DNA from: a virus
Lineage: Duplodnaviria; Caudoviricetes
Reading direction: 5' to 3' (one strand)
Virus record (IMG/VR): IMGVR_UViG_3300020388_000009
DNA: 64,000 nt
In this document: positions 26,891 to 38,049 of the stretch, piece by piece
Position numbering within the stretch: the stretch's first letter is position 1
How the letters are laid out: each line of letters begins with the position of its first letter
The notes under the pieces: generated by a model
Told to the model about the DNA's origin: nothing
The model's input: the letters and a program-made list of their open reading frames with translations, nothing else
Database searches by the model: none
Translations under genes and position numbers: made by a program

Positions 26891-27347
26891 AGTCTGTATA
26901 TGTTATAGTTACTTCTTCTCCATTTTCTAGAGCTTCGGCTATGGGTACATATATTCTTTTATATGCTTGAACTGACTTACCGATGAAGCCATTTTTTATT
27001 AATTGGTTATTTTCTTGAGAATCACCTACAATTAAACAACCACTAGTATGTTCATCTGTATTACCTGTATGAATTAAAATGTATTCAAATCCTGGTACAT
27101 CTTGAACATGTAACATTCCTTTATGGAAGTCGCCATATTTTTTAGTATATCTAGCATTAAAACCACCTACTTTTCTTAATTGAATTTGATATGTACCGGC
27201 AGGTACACGTGTTTCATGCATTACTTTTTCATTACGATATTCGTCTTCTAGACAATAACATAAAAATTTTCTTCCTGTTGTAATGTCAAATACTAAACCT
27301 GATGATGAATCGGATTCTGAACTAATCCTTAAAACTTCTAATTTCAT
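26871..27347 (-). CDS. DUF5675-type (L,D-transpeptidase-like) putative peptidoglycan enzyme
   Basis: FLCYCLED, RVPAGTY, ILIHTGNTDEHTSGCLIVG. Confidence 0.7.
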   Translation of the reverse strand: MKLEVLRISSESDSSSGLVFDITTGRKFLCYCLEDEYRNEKVMHETRVPAGTYQIQLRKVGGFNARYTKKYGDFHKGMLHVQDVPGFEYILIHTGNTDEHTSGCLIVGDSQENNQLIKNGFIGKSVQAYKRIYVPIAEALENGEEVTITYTDYDSTSI

Positions 27348-27376
27348 AAGTAAACTCCATTTGTTATAAATATAAG

Positions 27377-27499
27377 TTACTTACGCTTATCTGTTGTTTT
27401 AGATTCTTGATCTTTTAATTTTCGTTTTTTACGAATCTTCTGTGTTGGTTGATGTGTTTCCACATACTTGTCCAAATCATTCAAATTAATTTTTGACAT
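27377..27499 (-). CDS. 40 aa basic peptide
   Basis: Not in ORF track: MSKINLNDLDKYVETHQPTQKIRKKRKLKDQESKTTDKRK. Confidence 0.5.
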   Translation of the reverse strand: MSKINLNDLDKYVETHQPTQKIRKKRKLKDQESKTTDKRK

Positions 27500-27500
27500 A

Positions 27501-27749
27501 TTATTCCTGTACTCTTACTTTAAGTGATTTAATTTTATCTAGGAATTCCTCGATAGAATAACTTTTACCACGCTCACATTTTATTACAAGCTCTTCAGTA
27601 ATTGAATGTTGTTGATCAACTGCATTCATTAAAACATTTAATCCTCTGTTTGCCCAGAATACGCCAAAACCATTATCATCTCCTAATTGATTGATATCAT
27701 TGATAGTATCGGCTTCTGTATTACCGGGGTATAAAATATAGTATCGCAT
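27501..27749 (-). CDS. Hypothetical protein
   Basis: 82 aa; TATTTATA at 27754-27761. Confidence 0.6.
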   Translation of the reverse strand: MRYYILYPGNTEADTINDINQLGDDNGFGVFWANRGLNVLMNAVDQQHSITEELVIKCERGKSYSIEEFLDKIKSLKVRVQE

Positions 27750-27769
27750 TTGTTATAAATATGTATTAA

Positions 27770-28687
27770 TTAAGAATTTCCATTTGCAGTTATATGTTGT
27801 AGCTTTGCATCAGTTGATGCAGGATCTTGATCAAACCATTTTTCTGTTTTAGTTTTTTTAACTACTGCACGTCCTTCTAATTTATTCCAATCCTGTTCTG
27901 GCCGTACATTTAAATTGGTTGACCATGCTCCTTCAATAGTTGGAACTTTAACTCCTAGCTCATCGGCCATACTTATAAATGCATTTATATCTTTAGGAAA
28001 ACATGAACCTCCAAAACCTAATTTTCCATCAGGCCCAGGGACATTTAAATGAGAATCGCCAATACGTTGATCTGCTGTAAAGCCGGCTAGAGCTTGTTTC
28101 CAATTGGCTCCTACTGCATCGCTTACTTGTTTCATTTCATTCATGATTGAAACTTTACTAGCAAAAAATACATTATTCATATATTTTATCAATTCCGCGG
28201 TTATAGTATCTGTCTCTATAATGTAACAATGTTCAAATCGTTCGCGAAATAACTTTGCTACACGCTTAGTTAATCGTTTTGCACCACCTAAGATTATACG
28301 AGATTGTGTTAAGAAATCTAATTTTGCTGTACGTTCAGTCAAGAATTCCGGATTAAAGATTATGTTGAGTTTTGGAAATTGTTTTATAAAATTATTAACA
28401 GATCCCGGTACCATTGTAGATTTTAAAATGATAACGTTATTACGATTTTTATTTTTATAAGATATTTCCTTTAAAGCCTTTTCTACTATATCTAAACTTA
28501 TAGATCCATCTTCTTGCATAGGAGTTGGTACTGCTACAAATATACAATCACATTCTAATACTTCTTCAATCGTATTAAGATTACGCTTAGGATCTTTATC
28601 ATGAATTCGAATCTCATGAGTAGGAGAAAATCCGAATGCAACAGAATTACCTACAAATCCATTACCTATAATTCCAATTTTATTCAT
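27770..28687 (-). CDS. UDP-glucose/GDP-mannose dehydrogenase family (short form)
   Basis: GNGFVG, ILKST, NPEFL, GFGGSCFPKD. Confidence 0.85.
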   Translation of the reverse strand: MNKIGIIGNGFVGNSVAFGFSPTHEIRIHDKDPKRNLNTIEEVLECDCIFVAVPTPMQEDGSISLDIVEKALKEISYKNKNRNNVIILKSTMVPGSVNNFIKQFPKLNIIFNPEFLTERTAKLDFLTQSRIILGGAKRLTKRVAKLFRERFEHCYIIETDTITAELIKYMNNVFFASKVSIMNEMKQVSDAVGANWKQALAGFTADQRIGDSHLNVPGPDGKLGFGGSCFPKDINAFISMADELGVKVPTIEGAWSTNLNVRPEQDWNKLEGRAVVKKTKTEKWFDQDPASTDAKLQHITANGNS

Positions 28688-28694
28688 TTGCTTC

Positions 28695-29555
28695 CTAATT
28701 ATTTTTTAAAAATTCTTCTATATACTCATTTAAGAGTTCTTTTGGCTCATATCCAACTTCTTGAGTTTTTGATATATCCGCTTTTGTAGTCCATGCTTCA
28801 CCTAATCGAGCTGGAATATAAGTTGTTTTACATTTAAACATATCTGCTAGTTCATTTATTGAATGGTTCCTGCTAGTTCCTAAATTATAAATTTCACCTT
28901 TATATTCACCTTTGCTAAGACAAATCATACCATTAGATATATCAAACACATGCGTAAAGTCTCTTCGTTGATCACCAGTTCCGGTAATTGTCAATGGTTC
29001 ATTAGCATTATACTGTCTTTCAAATATACCAATAACTGTTGCATATGTTCCTTCCCATGGTTGTCTAGGACCGTATACATTGAAAAATCTAGTAGATACT
29101 GTAGACATGTTATAAATATCTGAATACATTTTTAATATTTCTTCACCTGACCATTTAGTAAATGCATATGGATTAAGGTGAGGGCCAGCTTCGGCAGAAC
29201 TACTAGCTGCATATATTATTTTTGCTCCACACCGTTTTGCTAATTCACATACTTGTACAGTTCCTAATGTATTTGCTTTAAAATATGATACTGGATCTAG
29301 AAAACTAGGCTGTATTCTAGACAATCCAGCGAGGTGGAATATCAAATCAAAATTTAGATTTTGATATTTAATTTTATCTAGATTATTAATATCATCAATA
29401 ATATACTCAACTCCTTCTTCTTGATAATCACGATTACTCGAATTTGAACATAAATTATCAATTACTGTAATATTGTAATTACCTTCTTTCTTAAGAATTT
29501 TTACTAGATTAGATCCTACAAATCCTAATCCGCCGGTGACTAACACGTTTTGCAT
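28695..29555 (-). CDS. NAD-dependent NDP-sugar epimerase/dehydratase
   Basis: TGGLGFVG, YAFTK, RFFNVYGP, RDFTHV. Confidence 0.9.
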   Translation of the reverse strand: MQNVLVTGGLGFVGSNLVKILKKEGNYNITVIDNLCSNSSNRDYQEEGVEYIIDDINNLDKIKYQNLNFDLIFHLAGLSRIQPSFLDPVSYFKANTLGTVQVCELAKRCGAKIIYAASSSAEAGPHLNPYAFTKWSGEEILKMYSDIYNMSTVSTRFFNVYGPRQPWEGTYATVIGIFERQYNANEPLTITGTGDQRRDFTHVFDISNGMICLSKGEYKGEIYNLGTSRNHSINELADMFKCKTTYIPARLGEAWTTKADISKTQEVGYEPKELLNEYIEEFLKNN

Positions 29556-29566
29556 TTTATTTCCTT

Positions 29567-30790
29567 TTAATTGTTATGTATTAAATTATTTTCATATGTT
29601 TCTAAACTATGAATTGTTACTTGTAAATTTTCTATTTCAAAATGAGTTGGTTCAATTAATATTGCTTCCCATAGTTGTTCATCATTGGCAAGTATTTCTG
29701 ATAATGTTTGTATAATTCTAAAATCGTTATTGCTGAATCGATTACCATCTATTTCAACTAAGATATCATTCTGTTTTTCATTATCAAAAGGTTTTATTTT
29801 ATCTAACAGATCATAATGGGTATTTATTTGTTCTCGCTTTATATATGAATTATAATCACAATCAACATATATTGTACTACACCATGGTTCTAGCGTCTCT
29901 AACAACTGATCATTACAATTCTTAATTATGAATCCTATATCATACTTAGGAGGAACAATAGGTTTCATTAACGCATCATGTTTACAAAAATGTCCCCATT
30001 TACGAATAAACTCTCTAGTTGATTTTTGATTTTGTTTTAACCATTCATCCGTTTCTCTGTTCTTCATAAACACTTCTCCATCCGGATTTCTTTTAGCGCC
30101 ATCCGCAAATCGGCTACCTCTACATGTCATATGATATACACAACCTTCCCATGTTTGAATAAATTTAATTCCATTTAATTGAAACCGGTTAAATATATCT
30201 GTATCTTCTTTTGATTGTGGAGCAAATATAGGATCGTGGCCGCCTATCTTTTGAAAGTCCTTTTTCCAAAATGCCCATGGGGCAAATATACCTTCCGTTG
30301 TTTTATTTACTCGATCAGCTTTTGTGTCACGCATATACCGAAGTAATTTATCTTCATCAAATTCTTCAGGCTCTATACCAAAATCAACAAGTATCTTTTC
30401 AGGACCGTCCGGATGTAAAGGCGGTTCGATTCTAGTTAAAGATACAATAATATTTTCTTTAAGATGCCATTCAATTGAATCAATAGCTCCTGGACATAAA
30501 TACATATCTGCATGATATATCATACATATGTCATGTGAAGCAACTTCATTAACTAATCTATCATATAAAATGGTATGTCCTAATCTAGTCGGTCCTTCAT
30601 TTCGTATCGCCTTAAAATTAGAATCTGTTTGCATCATTTCTTGACACCAATCCCATGTACCATCATTTGAAAAATCATCTGCTACACATATTTCTACTGT
30701 ATGATTGCCTTGGTTTTTTCTTATAGAATCGTAAGACCATTTAAGATACTTAAGATTATTTCTACCTGGTTGTATTAAACTAATTTTCAT
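29567..30790 (-). CDS. Glycosyltransferase family 2
   Basis: ADDFSNDGT, HADM, EDTD. Confidence 0.8.
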   Translation of the reverse strand: MKISLIQPGRNNLKYLKWSYDSIRKNQGNHTVEICVADDFSNDGTWDWCQEMMQTDSNFKAIRNEGPTRLGHTILYDRLVNEVASHDICMIYHADMYLCPGAIDSIEWHLKENIIVSLTRIEPPLHPDGPEKILVDFGIEPEEFDEDKLLRYMRDTKADRVNKTTEGIFAPWAFWKKDFQKIGGHDPIFAPQSKEDTDIFNRFQLNGIKFIQTWEGCVYHMTCRGSRFADGAKRNPDGEVFMKNRETDEWLKQNQKSTREFIRKWGHFCKHDALMKPIVPPKYDIGFIIKNCNDQLLETLEPWCSTIYVDCDYNSYIKREQINTHYDLLDKIKPFDNEKQNDILVEIDGNRFSNNDFRIIQTLSEILANDEQLWEAILIEPTHFEIENLQVTIHSLETYENNLIHNN

Positions 30791-31665
30791 TGTAACCTTG
30801 TTTTTACGTTTGTACCATGTATCGGCTTAACAAATGTAGATTCATCATCTTCTGGTAATCTCCCCCATTTCTCAATAAATTTTCTTGTACTTTCTTGTTC
30901 AATACGTGCTAAGCGGTCCGGACGTTTATTGATATTATCATCAGGAAATCTAGATGCTCTTGACGAAAAATGCCATTGTACTGATTTAGTAATCATTTTA
31001 AATTCATATCCTTCTAATTGCATTCGTATAAATAAATCTTTGTCTTCCCAATATGCTGGTGCAAATAATGGATCATTTCCTCCTATCCATTCATAATCAG
31101 CTTTACGACAAAAGAATCCGGCACCGCCTGCCTTTCTTACAATTGAATCGTTTTCAGCTGAAAATTGAGTTGCCCATTCATCAAAATACTTACTATTAAA
31201 ATTATGATGGAATTCTCCAAATTCATCTATTGGTACAAATACTGTACCAGGTCTATACCATGGATCATTTGGAAATATTTTTGGTTGTATTCTAAATGAC
31301 GATGCTATAAGTCTAACTCCTGGTTCTATATCATCGTATAATTTTAACAACTCAATGTCTTGGTTAGGTGCTATCCACATATCAGCATGAATTATATTTA
31401 CAAATTCAGTATTTGATTGATGTACACAAATATCCATACCTCCGCCAATTCCGCGTGGCACTTTATTCGATTCTATTATAGGTGTAAGATTTAATTTAGC
31501 TTTATTTTCTTCTAACCATTCATTAGTACCATCTGTACAATTCTCGGCATGTACGATTATAGGCATATCATTGTAATATGCATTCTGCCTTACTGAGTCA
31601 ATTGCCAATCTAAGATAAGATAGATTATTAAATGATGATATACATGTTGTTATTTTATGTTTCAT
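30787..31665 (-). CDS. Glycosyltransferase family 2
   Basis: ENCTDGT, HADM, WEDKDL; promoter-like TTAG-N20-TATATTGA at 31669-31700. Confidence 0.8.
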   Translation of the reverse strand: MKHKITTCISSFNNLSYLRLAIDSVRQNAYYNDMPIIVHAENCTDGTNEWLEENKAKLNLTPIIESNKVPRGIGGGMDICVHQSNTEFVNIIHADMWIAPNQDIELLKLYDDIEPGVRLIASSFRIQPKIFPNDPWYRPGTVFVPIDEFGEFHHNFNSKYFDEWATQFSAENDSIVRKAGGAGFFCRKADYEWIGGNDPLFAPAYWEDKDLFIRMQLEGYEFKMITKSVQWHFSSRASRFPDDNINKRPDRLARIEQESTRKFIEKWGRLPEDDESTFVKPIHGTNVKTRLQ

Positions 31666-31696
31666 ACTTCAATATAACTAATTTTTTACAGACTTC

Positions 31697-32683
31697 CTAA
31701 TTTTTAGTTAATTTTATCACATTATTTAATAATTTTAAATCATTATCGACCATTTTCTGTACTAGCATATTAAATGATGTTTTAGGAGACCAATCCATTT
31801 GTGTCTTAGCCTTTGTATAATCACCTCTTAAAACATCTACTTCTGCAGGTCTCATAAATCTAGGATCTTGTTTAATATATGGTGCCCAATTATCAATACC
31901 TATATATTTAAAAGCAACATCTAAAAATTCTCTAATAGAATGAGTTTCTCCCGTTGCTACCACATAATCATCAGCTACATCCTGTTGTAACATTAACCAC
32001 ATTACTTCTACATAATCAGGTGCATAGCCCCAATCGCGTTTAGCTTCTAAATTACCTAATGTAATATGATCTACCAATCCTAATTTAATGCGCGCCACAC
32101 CATCAGAAATTTTTCTGGTTACAAATTCAATACCTCTACGTTCAGATTCATGATTAAATAAAATACCCGAGCATGCAAACATGTTATATGATTCTCTGTA
32201 ATTTTTAGTTATCCAATGGCCATATAATTTAGCTACACCGTATGGACTCCTAGGATAGAATGGCGTTGATTCTTTAGCTGGATTTTCTACCATACGACCA
32301 AACATTTCTGATGAACTTGCTTGGTAAAATCTAATCTTAGGATTGTATTCACGTATTGCTTCTAATATTCGCAGTACACCTATCCCTGTTACTTCGCTAG
32401 TATGTTCTGGTGTATTCCAACTTTCGCCTACAAATGATTGAGCTGCTAAATTATATACTTCATCGGGATCACATTCTTTTAAACATCTTAACAATGAATT
32501 CTGGTCTGTCAAATCACCATTTAATATTGTTATATCATCTTTCAAATGTTTAGTATTCACATCATTTACATTTGATGAACGACGTTCCATTCCGTATACT
32601 TTATATCCTTTAGTTAATAATAAATCTGCTAGATGGCTTCCATCCATTCCATTAATACCTGTTATAAATGCTGTTTTTGTCAT
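31697..32683 (-). CDS. gmd: GDP-mannose 4,6-dehydratase
   Basis: TGINGMDGSHL, NLAAQS, QASSSE, PRSPYGVAK, LFNHES, RDWG. Confidence 0.95.
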   Translation of the reverse strand: MTKTAFITGINGMDGSHLADLLLTKGYKVYGMERRSSNVNDVNTKHLKDDITILNGDLTDQNSLLRCLKECDPDEVYNLAAQSFVGESWNTPEHTSEVTGIGVLRILEAIREYNPKIRFYQASSSEMFGRMVENPAKESTPFYPRSPYGVAKLYGHWITKNYRESYNMFACSGILFNHESERRGIEFVTRKISDGVARIKLGLVDHITLGNLEAKRDWGYAPDYVEVMWLMLQQDVADDYVVATGETHSIREFLDVAFKYIGIDNWAPYIKQDPRFMRPAEVDVLRGDYTKAKTQMDWSPKTSFNMLVQKMVDNDLKLLNNVIKLTKN

Positions 32684-33663
32684 ATTGTATAGTCCTTATA
32701 TTCGTAAAATTTACCTTTATTTTGTATTAAACATGATATGTTATGTTGTGATAATTGTTTAAACTTTTTAAAATTATTATTTTTGTCTGGTGTGAATGAA
32801 TGCGGATTGGTTTCATTTGCTATATATAATCTTTTCCTAGGATGGCGCCTCGCATGAACATGTAATATATTTTTACAAATAAATTGCTTGAATTGATCAC
32901 CGAGTAATTTTTGCGCCATGATAGCCAAACCTTCATCATCATTATATATTAAACATGGCGGAATATTAATTCCTGACTTGATTAAATCAGCTGATAATAC
33001 TAAACATGCTCCGCTAATTTTTGGATATGGTATATAGCTAATCTCAAATGATGATTTAGCTTCAGAATTAATTTTATTCATCTTTTCTATAGACATTACC
33101 GACTTTGCTTGATTTGGGTTTAAATGACTATCAGGTCCATCTTTAAACTCATGATCTATAAATTTAGGATGTACTAACGGATCCCAAGAATTATCCCACA
33201 TCTTACGATCTGCAAAGCTTAAAATATATCGATGTATATTCTGCGTATCTGTATAATTAGCTAATGTTTCAATTACTTCAAATGCTTCTTTTGGAAATAA
33301 GCTATCTGTTTCTCCCCACATCACATAATCTACATGTTTACAGTAATTGTAATTTAAATCACGACGATAATCAGCATGGTAATAAACTCCATCTATAGTA
33401 TCATGATATTTAATATTCGTATTGTATTTATGTAATCGAGCTACTTGTGTTTTAAACTTTGAAATTAATTCTGATTTAGATATTTGTTCTACATCAATTT
33501 TTTCTATATGTTCAGATGTATTAAAACAAATATCAAGAATAACATTTTCATGATTATCAACGTCGGACATTAGATTTAAAATACCATCCACATATGTTTT
33601 GAAAATTTCAATTTCAAAATACATGACATGTACTCCAATTACATATTGTTTATTCAACTGCAT
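32680..33663 (-). CDS. Putative GT-A glycosyltransferase
   Basis: WGETDS (DxD-like) and island context; probable start MQLNKQY. Confidence 0.5.
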   Translation of the reverse strand: MQLNKQYVIGVHVMYFEIEIFKTYVDGILNLMSDVDNHENVILDICFNTSEHIEKIDVEQISKSELISKFKTQVARLHKYNTNIKYHDTIDGVYYHADYRRDLNYNYCKHVDYVMWGETDSLFPKEAFEVIETLANYTDTQNIHRYILSFADRKMWDNSWDPLVHPKFIDHEFKDGPDSHLNPNQAKSVMSIEKMNKINSEAKSSFEISYIPYPKISGACLVLSADLIKSGINIPPCLIYNDDEGLAIMAQKLLGDQFKQFICKNILHVHARRHPRKRLYIANETNPHSFTPDKNNNFKKFKQLSQHNISCLIQNKGKFYEYKDYTI

Positions 33664-34397
33664 AATGCTCTCCATGTTTTTTCCATAAAATAATCTCTTT
33701 TTTCGTCCGGCATGCCGTTAAATTGGTAAATACCTTTGAAACACTTAGCAAATGTCAAATCATCGTCTAATATTTCAAATCGTGGCAAATCTACTGCACA
33801 AAATTCATACGGCAGATATGTTAACGACTCATCTGAAGCATGAGTGAGATGATTAATAATTGGCTGATCTGTTCCTACTCCATATGTTGTCTGCATATAT
33901 TGTATTTGGTCTTTATGTTCCAAATAAAAATCTAAATATCCTTTCCATATATGTTTTTGATTTTTATTAGTTATCTGAAATCCTCCACAGAAGTATTTGA
34001 AAATATCAAATGTCTTTCCATTAAACATATGTGTTGAATAATTTTCCATACTACGGCAAATCCAGTCCATGCTCCCGAAAGCTCTTGCAACTGTATATTT
34101 ATCATCAGTCATATCAAAGAAATTTGGTGTATCCGGATGAATTATACAATCAGCATCTGTTATTAATACTTGATCATATTCAATGCCACTATGATCTAAA
34201 ATATCCATAGCATAATACCGTTGCCATGTTATTTTCATTTCATCTGAAGAACATGCTAACTTATCCATGACAACCAACTCGGCATTATTTTTTTTACACC
34301 ATTGTTTCCAACTATCAATGCCATAACGATAACATTGACTTCTAGTTTCTTCGCCCGGAATTGTTACCGCGGCCATAAATACTACATTTTTACTCAT
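33654..34397 (-). CDS. GT-A glycosyltransferase (GT8/GT34-like)
   Basis: SWKQWC, TDADC, GTDQPIIN. Confidence 0.7.
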   Translation of the reverse strand: MSKNVVFMAAVTIPGEETRSQCYRYGIDSWKQWCKKNNAELVVMDKLACSSDEMKITWQRYYAMDILDHSGIEYDQVLITDADCIIHPDTPNFFDMTDDKYTVARAFGSMDWICRSMENYSTHMFNGKTFDIFKYFCGGFQITNKNQKHIWKGYLDFYLEHKDQIQYMQTTYGVGTDQPIINHLTHASDESLTYLPYEFCAVDLPRFEILDDDLTFAKCFKGIYQFNGMPDEKRDYFMEKTWRALCS

Positions 34398-35175
34398 AAT
34401 TATGTTTTATTAAATCCCATGTCTGTTTCATTAAGGGATATCGTTGAGTTCTATCAAATCCACTAAATTTCCAAATATATCCATACTTTATAAAAAATGG
34501 AGTGGTATTAGTTTTCAATTGCCAGTTATACGAAAACCAATCAAATCGGTTTAAATGATTTAACATAAAAGCCGGAGATAATCCTAAATGAATATCAATA
34601 TCATGGATTTGTAATAAAAAGTTATATATTGGTTGATCAGTACCTCTTTTAATCGTATCCTGACATTCCATTATTGTATTAAAATTATCATCATGGTATT
34701 TTTCTAATATATCTAGGAAAGGTTTATGTGATTTATCAAATACTTGGAATCCGCAATCTATATATTTAGTTATATCAAAATCAAAATTATCGAAAACAGT
34801 TTTATATCCTTGTACACACTCATAGACCCATTTTAAATTTTCTAATGACCTATATATAGTAACCTTATCATTAGGACATTCTTTAAAGAAGTTAGGCGCA
34901 TCCCATTTAATCATAGTACTACCATCTACTACACATATTTTATCAAAATTAATATTCGCAGTTTCTAGACAAGGAAATACATCAAACCAACGAGTCCAAG
35001 TAGTTCCATTTTTTTCACTGAGAGGGGTATTATATTCGTAAAATATAATATCATTTTTCTTGCACCAATATTCCCAACATTTTTTCGAATATTGGAAATA
35101 TTCAAAACCTCCATGTTTTTTATTAAGCAAGGCATTGGAACTTTTAACTCCGACCCAAAATAATACATTTTTCAT
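34390..35175 (-). CDS. GT-A glycosyltransferase, paralog of 33654-34397
   Basis: CWEYWCKKN, PNFF, GTDQPIYN. Confidence 0.7.
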   Translation of the reverse strand: MKNVLFWVGVKSSNALLNKKHGGFEYFQYSKKCWEYWCKKNDIIFYEYNTPLSEKNGTTWTRWFDVFPCLETANINFDKICVVDGSTMIKWDAPNFFKECPNDKVTIYRSLENLKWVYECVQGYKTVFDNFDFDITKYIDCGFQVFDKSHKPFLDILEKYHDDNFNTIMECQDTIKRGTDQPIYNFLLQIHDIDIHLGLSPAFMLNHLNRFDWFSYNWQLKTNTTPFFIKYGYIWKFSGFDRTQRYPLMKQTWDLIKHNYE

Positions 35176-35178
35176 ATT

Positions 35179-36030
35179 CTACCTTCCTAAATATTTTGTT
35201 ACTACCTTGACCCAATTATAATAATAATCATCAGCTCTAACTGCTCCGCGGCCACCATGATGTATAAATGGCTTACCATTAATAAATCCTTCATCGCCAT
35301 GGCTTATATTTAATGCATGTTGTGCTTTTAAAGATCGGTCTTCTGTGCTATTTTTACAAATATAAAATGGTTGGTTAGTTTCGCGTGCCCATAACGAGAT
35401 CAAACCATATGTATCTTTATAATGACAATTAGGATATAGATCACCCTCTTCTTTAAAATAGTTATTTTCTATAGTAGACCGTTCCATCAATCCAAATTGA
35501 GGTGTAAGTGCTTGATCTATATCATGTCTCCATCGATATGATACAAATACATTTTCTTTAAGCAATGGCAATAATTCATCTACCCATGTATTTAAAAATA
35601 CACAATCATGTTCAACATGACATATATATTTGCCATTACCTTGTTTAACTCCAATTGTCATACCTGTTGATTGTAACCAACTATTAAAGCCTAATTCTCT
35701 TCTATCATATTTTGAGTAGCCATCCCAACCATAATTATCAATAAAATATTGTTGAGAATATTTTCCATGCATACCATCTGTTCTTGCAGGAACTATAGAT
35801 CCATCATCGTCATTAACTTGATTAACTCCTTTTATAACTTTCACATGTGGTTCATCTTTAAACATGTCATGCAACTTTATTAGGTCAGGACTATCATCTG
35901 AGTTATTACCATTATTGACAACATAATATGTATAAGGATACTTAACATACTTTTTAATGCTCTCATGGATTAGCTTTACATAATCTAATCGTTTATAAGT
36001 AACGGTTACAAAATCTATACTATCAATCAT
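35179..36030 (-). CDS. Glycosyltransferase family 2-like
   Basis: FVTVTYKR, VVNNG, HVEHDCVF. Confidence 0.6.
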   Translation of the reverse strand: MIDSIDFVTVTYKRLDYVKLIHESIKKYVKYPYTYYVVNNGNNSDDSPDLIKLHDMFKDEPHVKVIKGVNQVNDDDGSIVPARTDGMHGKYSQQYFIDNYGWDGYSKYDRRELGFNSWLQSTGMTIGVKQGNGKYICHVEHDCVFLNTWVDELLPLLKENVFVSYRWRHDIDQALTPQFGLMERSTIENNYFKEEGDLYPNCHYKDTYGLISLWARETNQPFYICKNSTEDRSLKAQHALNISHGDEGFINGKPFIHHGGRGAVRADDYYYNWVKVVTKYLGR

Positions 36031-36637
36031 TTTCATAAATTTTATCTCCCATGGGGTCAGATTGTTTCCATGTAGCAAATACATTTTCACCTTCCACTGG
36101 TATATCTGCTTTACGACCTTCTAAATTTAATGAAATAGGGATTTCCCACGTCTCTGCTTGAGAATAATCCCATATATCACCATGTGATACTCTCCTAGGC
36201 GTCCATGGATGTACTGCTGTCAATCCAACCTTTTCTAATAATTTAGTTAACGATCTTTTATCATAAATTAAATAATGACATTCATATTCATATGATTGGC
36301 CGCCCATGACTAGACCTAATATATTTTCTATACGTTTTCCACATTTCTGATACACCTCAATTGCCTTTTCAAAATCTGGCGTTGCTATACGTAACATACC
36401 TCCTGGTTTCAGAACTCGAACCCATTCCTTTAATACTTGTTCTATTTCATCACGCTTCACATGTTCTATTACGTGTGATGCATAAACTATATCAAATGTA
36501 TTATCTGGAAAATTTAATATATCTATTCCGGAAATATGGTCTACTCCAGGCATATCTCTTCCATCTAAATTCTCCCATGGAGATGGAAATATAGTACTAC
36601 CACATCCAATATTTAAATATCTCACTTCTTTTGTCAT
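36023..36637 (-). CDS. SAM-dependent methyltransferase (type 11)
   Basis: LNIGCG, FDIVYASHVIEH, RVLKPGG. Confidence 0.85.
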   Translation of the reverse strand: MTKEVRYLNIGCGSTIFPSPWENLDGRDMPGVDHISGIDILNFPDNTFDIVYASHVIEHVKRDEIEQVLKEWVRVLKPGGMLRIATPDFEKAIEVYQKCGKRIENILGLVMGGQSYEYECHYLIYDKRSLTKLLEKVGLTAVHPWTPRRVSHGDIWDYSQAETWEIPISLNLEGRKADIPVEGENVFATWKQSDPMGDKIYEND

Positions 36638-37785
36638 TTAAAATCCTTAATTGTTTTAATAATATACGATACATCTTCATCACTTAATGATTGATGTAAT
36701 GGAATACATAATGTATGATTAGCCGCATATTCTGTACCTGGTAGTTTATTACCAGATGTCTGAAAATATTTTACCCAATGCAATGGATAATATCTAAATG
36801 TAGTATATATACCATTTTTTCGTAAATATTTAGCTAATCTATCTCTATGTTCTGTCTGTATATGATACATATAATATGAACTGGTTACACTACGTGGCAA
36901 ATTATTTGGCACATCTAACCAATCTATATCTTTAAACATTTCTGTATATATATCATGTATTAATTTACGACGGTCTAATTGCGAATCAATTTTTTTTAAT
37001 TGTTCAATGCCTATCGCTGCTTGTATATCATTTGTAATACATCTTCTTCCTGGCACTGATATATCATATTCCCACCATTTCTGATCTACACTGTTAGAAA
37101 ATCCACTATTTGTTTTTAAACCTAAATATGTGGCATGTGTCAATCGTTGTATATCTTTTTTATCATTACAATAAATCATACCGCCATCACCCATTACTAA
37201 TTGTTTCATAGAATCAAATGACCATAAACCAATATCACCAAATGTACCAGTTGATTTACCGTAAACTTTACTAAATGGGCTATTAGCATTATCCTCTATT
37301 AATTTGATATTACGTTGACTACAAAGGTTTGTTATACGTTCGATATCACATGGTACGCCGGCGAAATGTAACACTATAACAGCTTTTGTTTTATCAGTAA
37401 TTTTACTTTCGATATGATCAAGCTCTACATTCAATGTCCTAGAGTTTACATCACAAAATACCGGCGTTGCATTTTTTGCAACAATTGCATTAGCTGCTCC
37501 TATAAAACTAACAGATGGTAATATTACTTCATCACCTTCATTTACATATAAGTCTATTGATTGGAATAATCCTTCTGTGCAACTTGATATTGTTAACAAA
37601 TTCTCTGGCGATGCAGGTGTACATGCAACGCCATGATAACAATTAGTTATTAATTTTCTGGCAAAGTCTTCTTTAAACTGATCTGTTTTAGGGCCTTTGC
37701 CTAACCAATTTGAATCAAATACTTCTTTTATCGCATTTAATTCTTCATTGCCTAAAGATGGTTGATATATATTAATTGGTTTCAT
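36634..37785 (-). CDS. DegT/DnrJ/EryC1/StrS sugar aminotransferase
   Basis: SSCTEGL, GDEVI, IEDNA, SFDSMKQLVMGDGG; promoter-like element at 37793-37823. Confidence 0.9.
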   Translation of the reverse strand: MKPINIYQPSLGNEELNAIKEVFDSNWLGKGPKTDQFKEDFARKLITNCYHGVACTPASPENLLTISSCTEGLFQSIDLYVNEGDEVILPSVSFIGAANAIVAKNATPVFCDVNSRTLNVELDHIESKITDKTKAVIVLHFAGVPCDIERITNLCSQRNIKLIEDNANSPFSKVYGKSTGTFGDIGLWSFDSMKQLVMGDGGMIYCNDKKDIQRLTHATYLGLKTNSGFSNSVDQKWWEYDISVPGRRCITNDIQAAIGIEQLKKIDSQLDRRKLIHDIYTEMFKDIDWLDVPNNLPRSVTSSYYMYHIQTEHRDRLAKYLRKNGIYTTFRYYPLHWVKYFQTSGNKLPGTEYAANHTLCIPLHQSLSDEDVSYIIKTIKDFK

Positions 37786-37824
37786 ATTATACTTAATATA
37801 ACAAATTATTTTTAATTATCAAAA

Positions 37825-38049
37825 TTAATCTTCTGAAAAAACTTCTATACATAATACTTTCTCATCATTAATGAATAGCCACCGGCCATCTCTTAATTTA
37901 AATTTAGTAAACTGACCTTGTTTTATTGAATCAGATTGTATGCCAGTAAACGTACGTTTAGTGCCGTCTACAAAATGAATAATTTGTGTTACAAATGTTC
38001 CTACATCATTTACTGTGGATTGTAGATCTTTTATTTTATTTGGGCTCAT
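37825..38049 (-). CDS. Hypothetical protein
   Basis: 74 aa ORF with ATGA overlap. Confidence 0.55.
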   Translation of the reverse strand: MSPNKIKDLQSTVNDVGTFVTQIIHFVDGTKRTFTGIQSDSIKQGQFTKFKLRDGRWLFINDEKVLCIEVFSED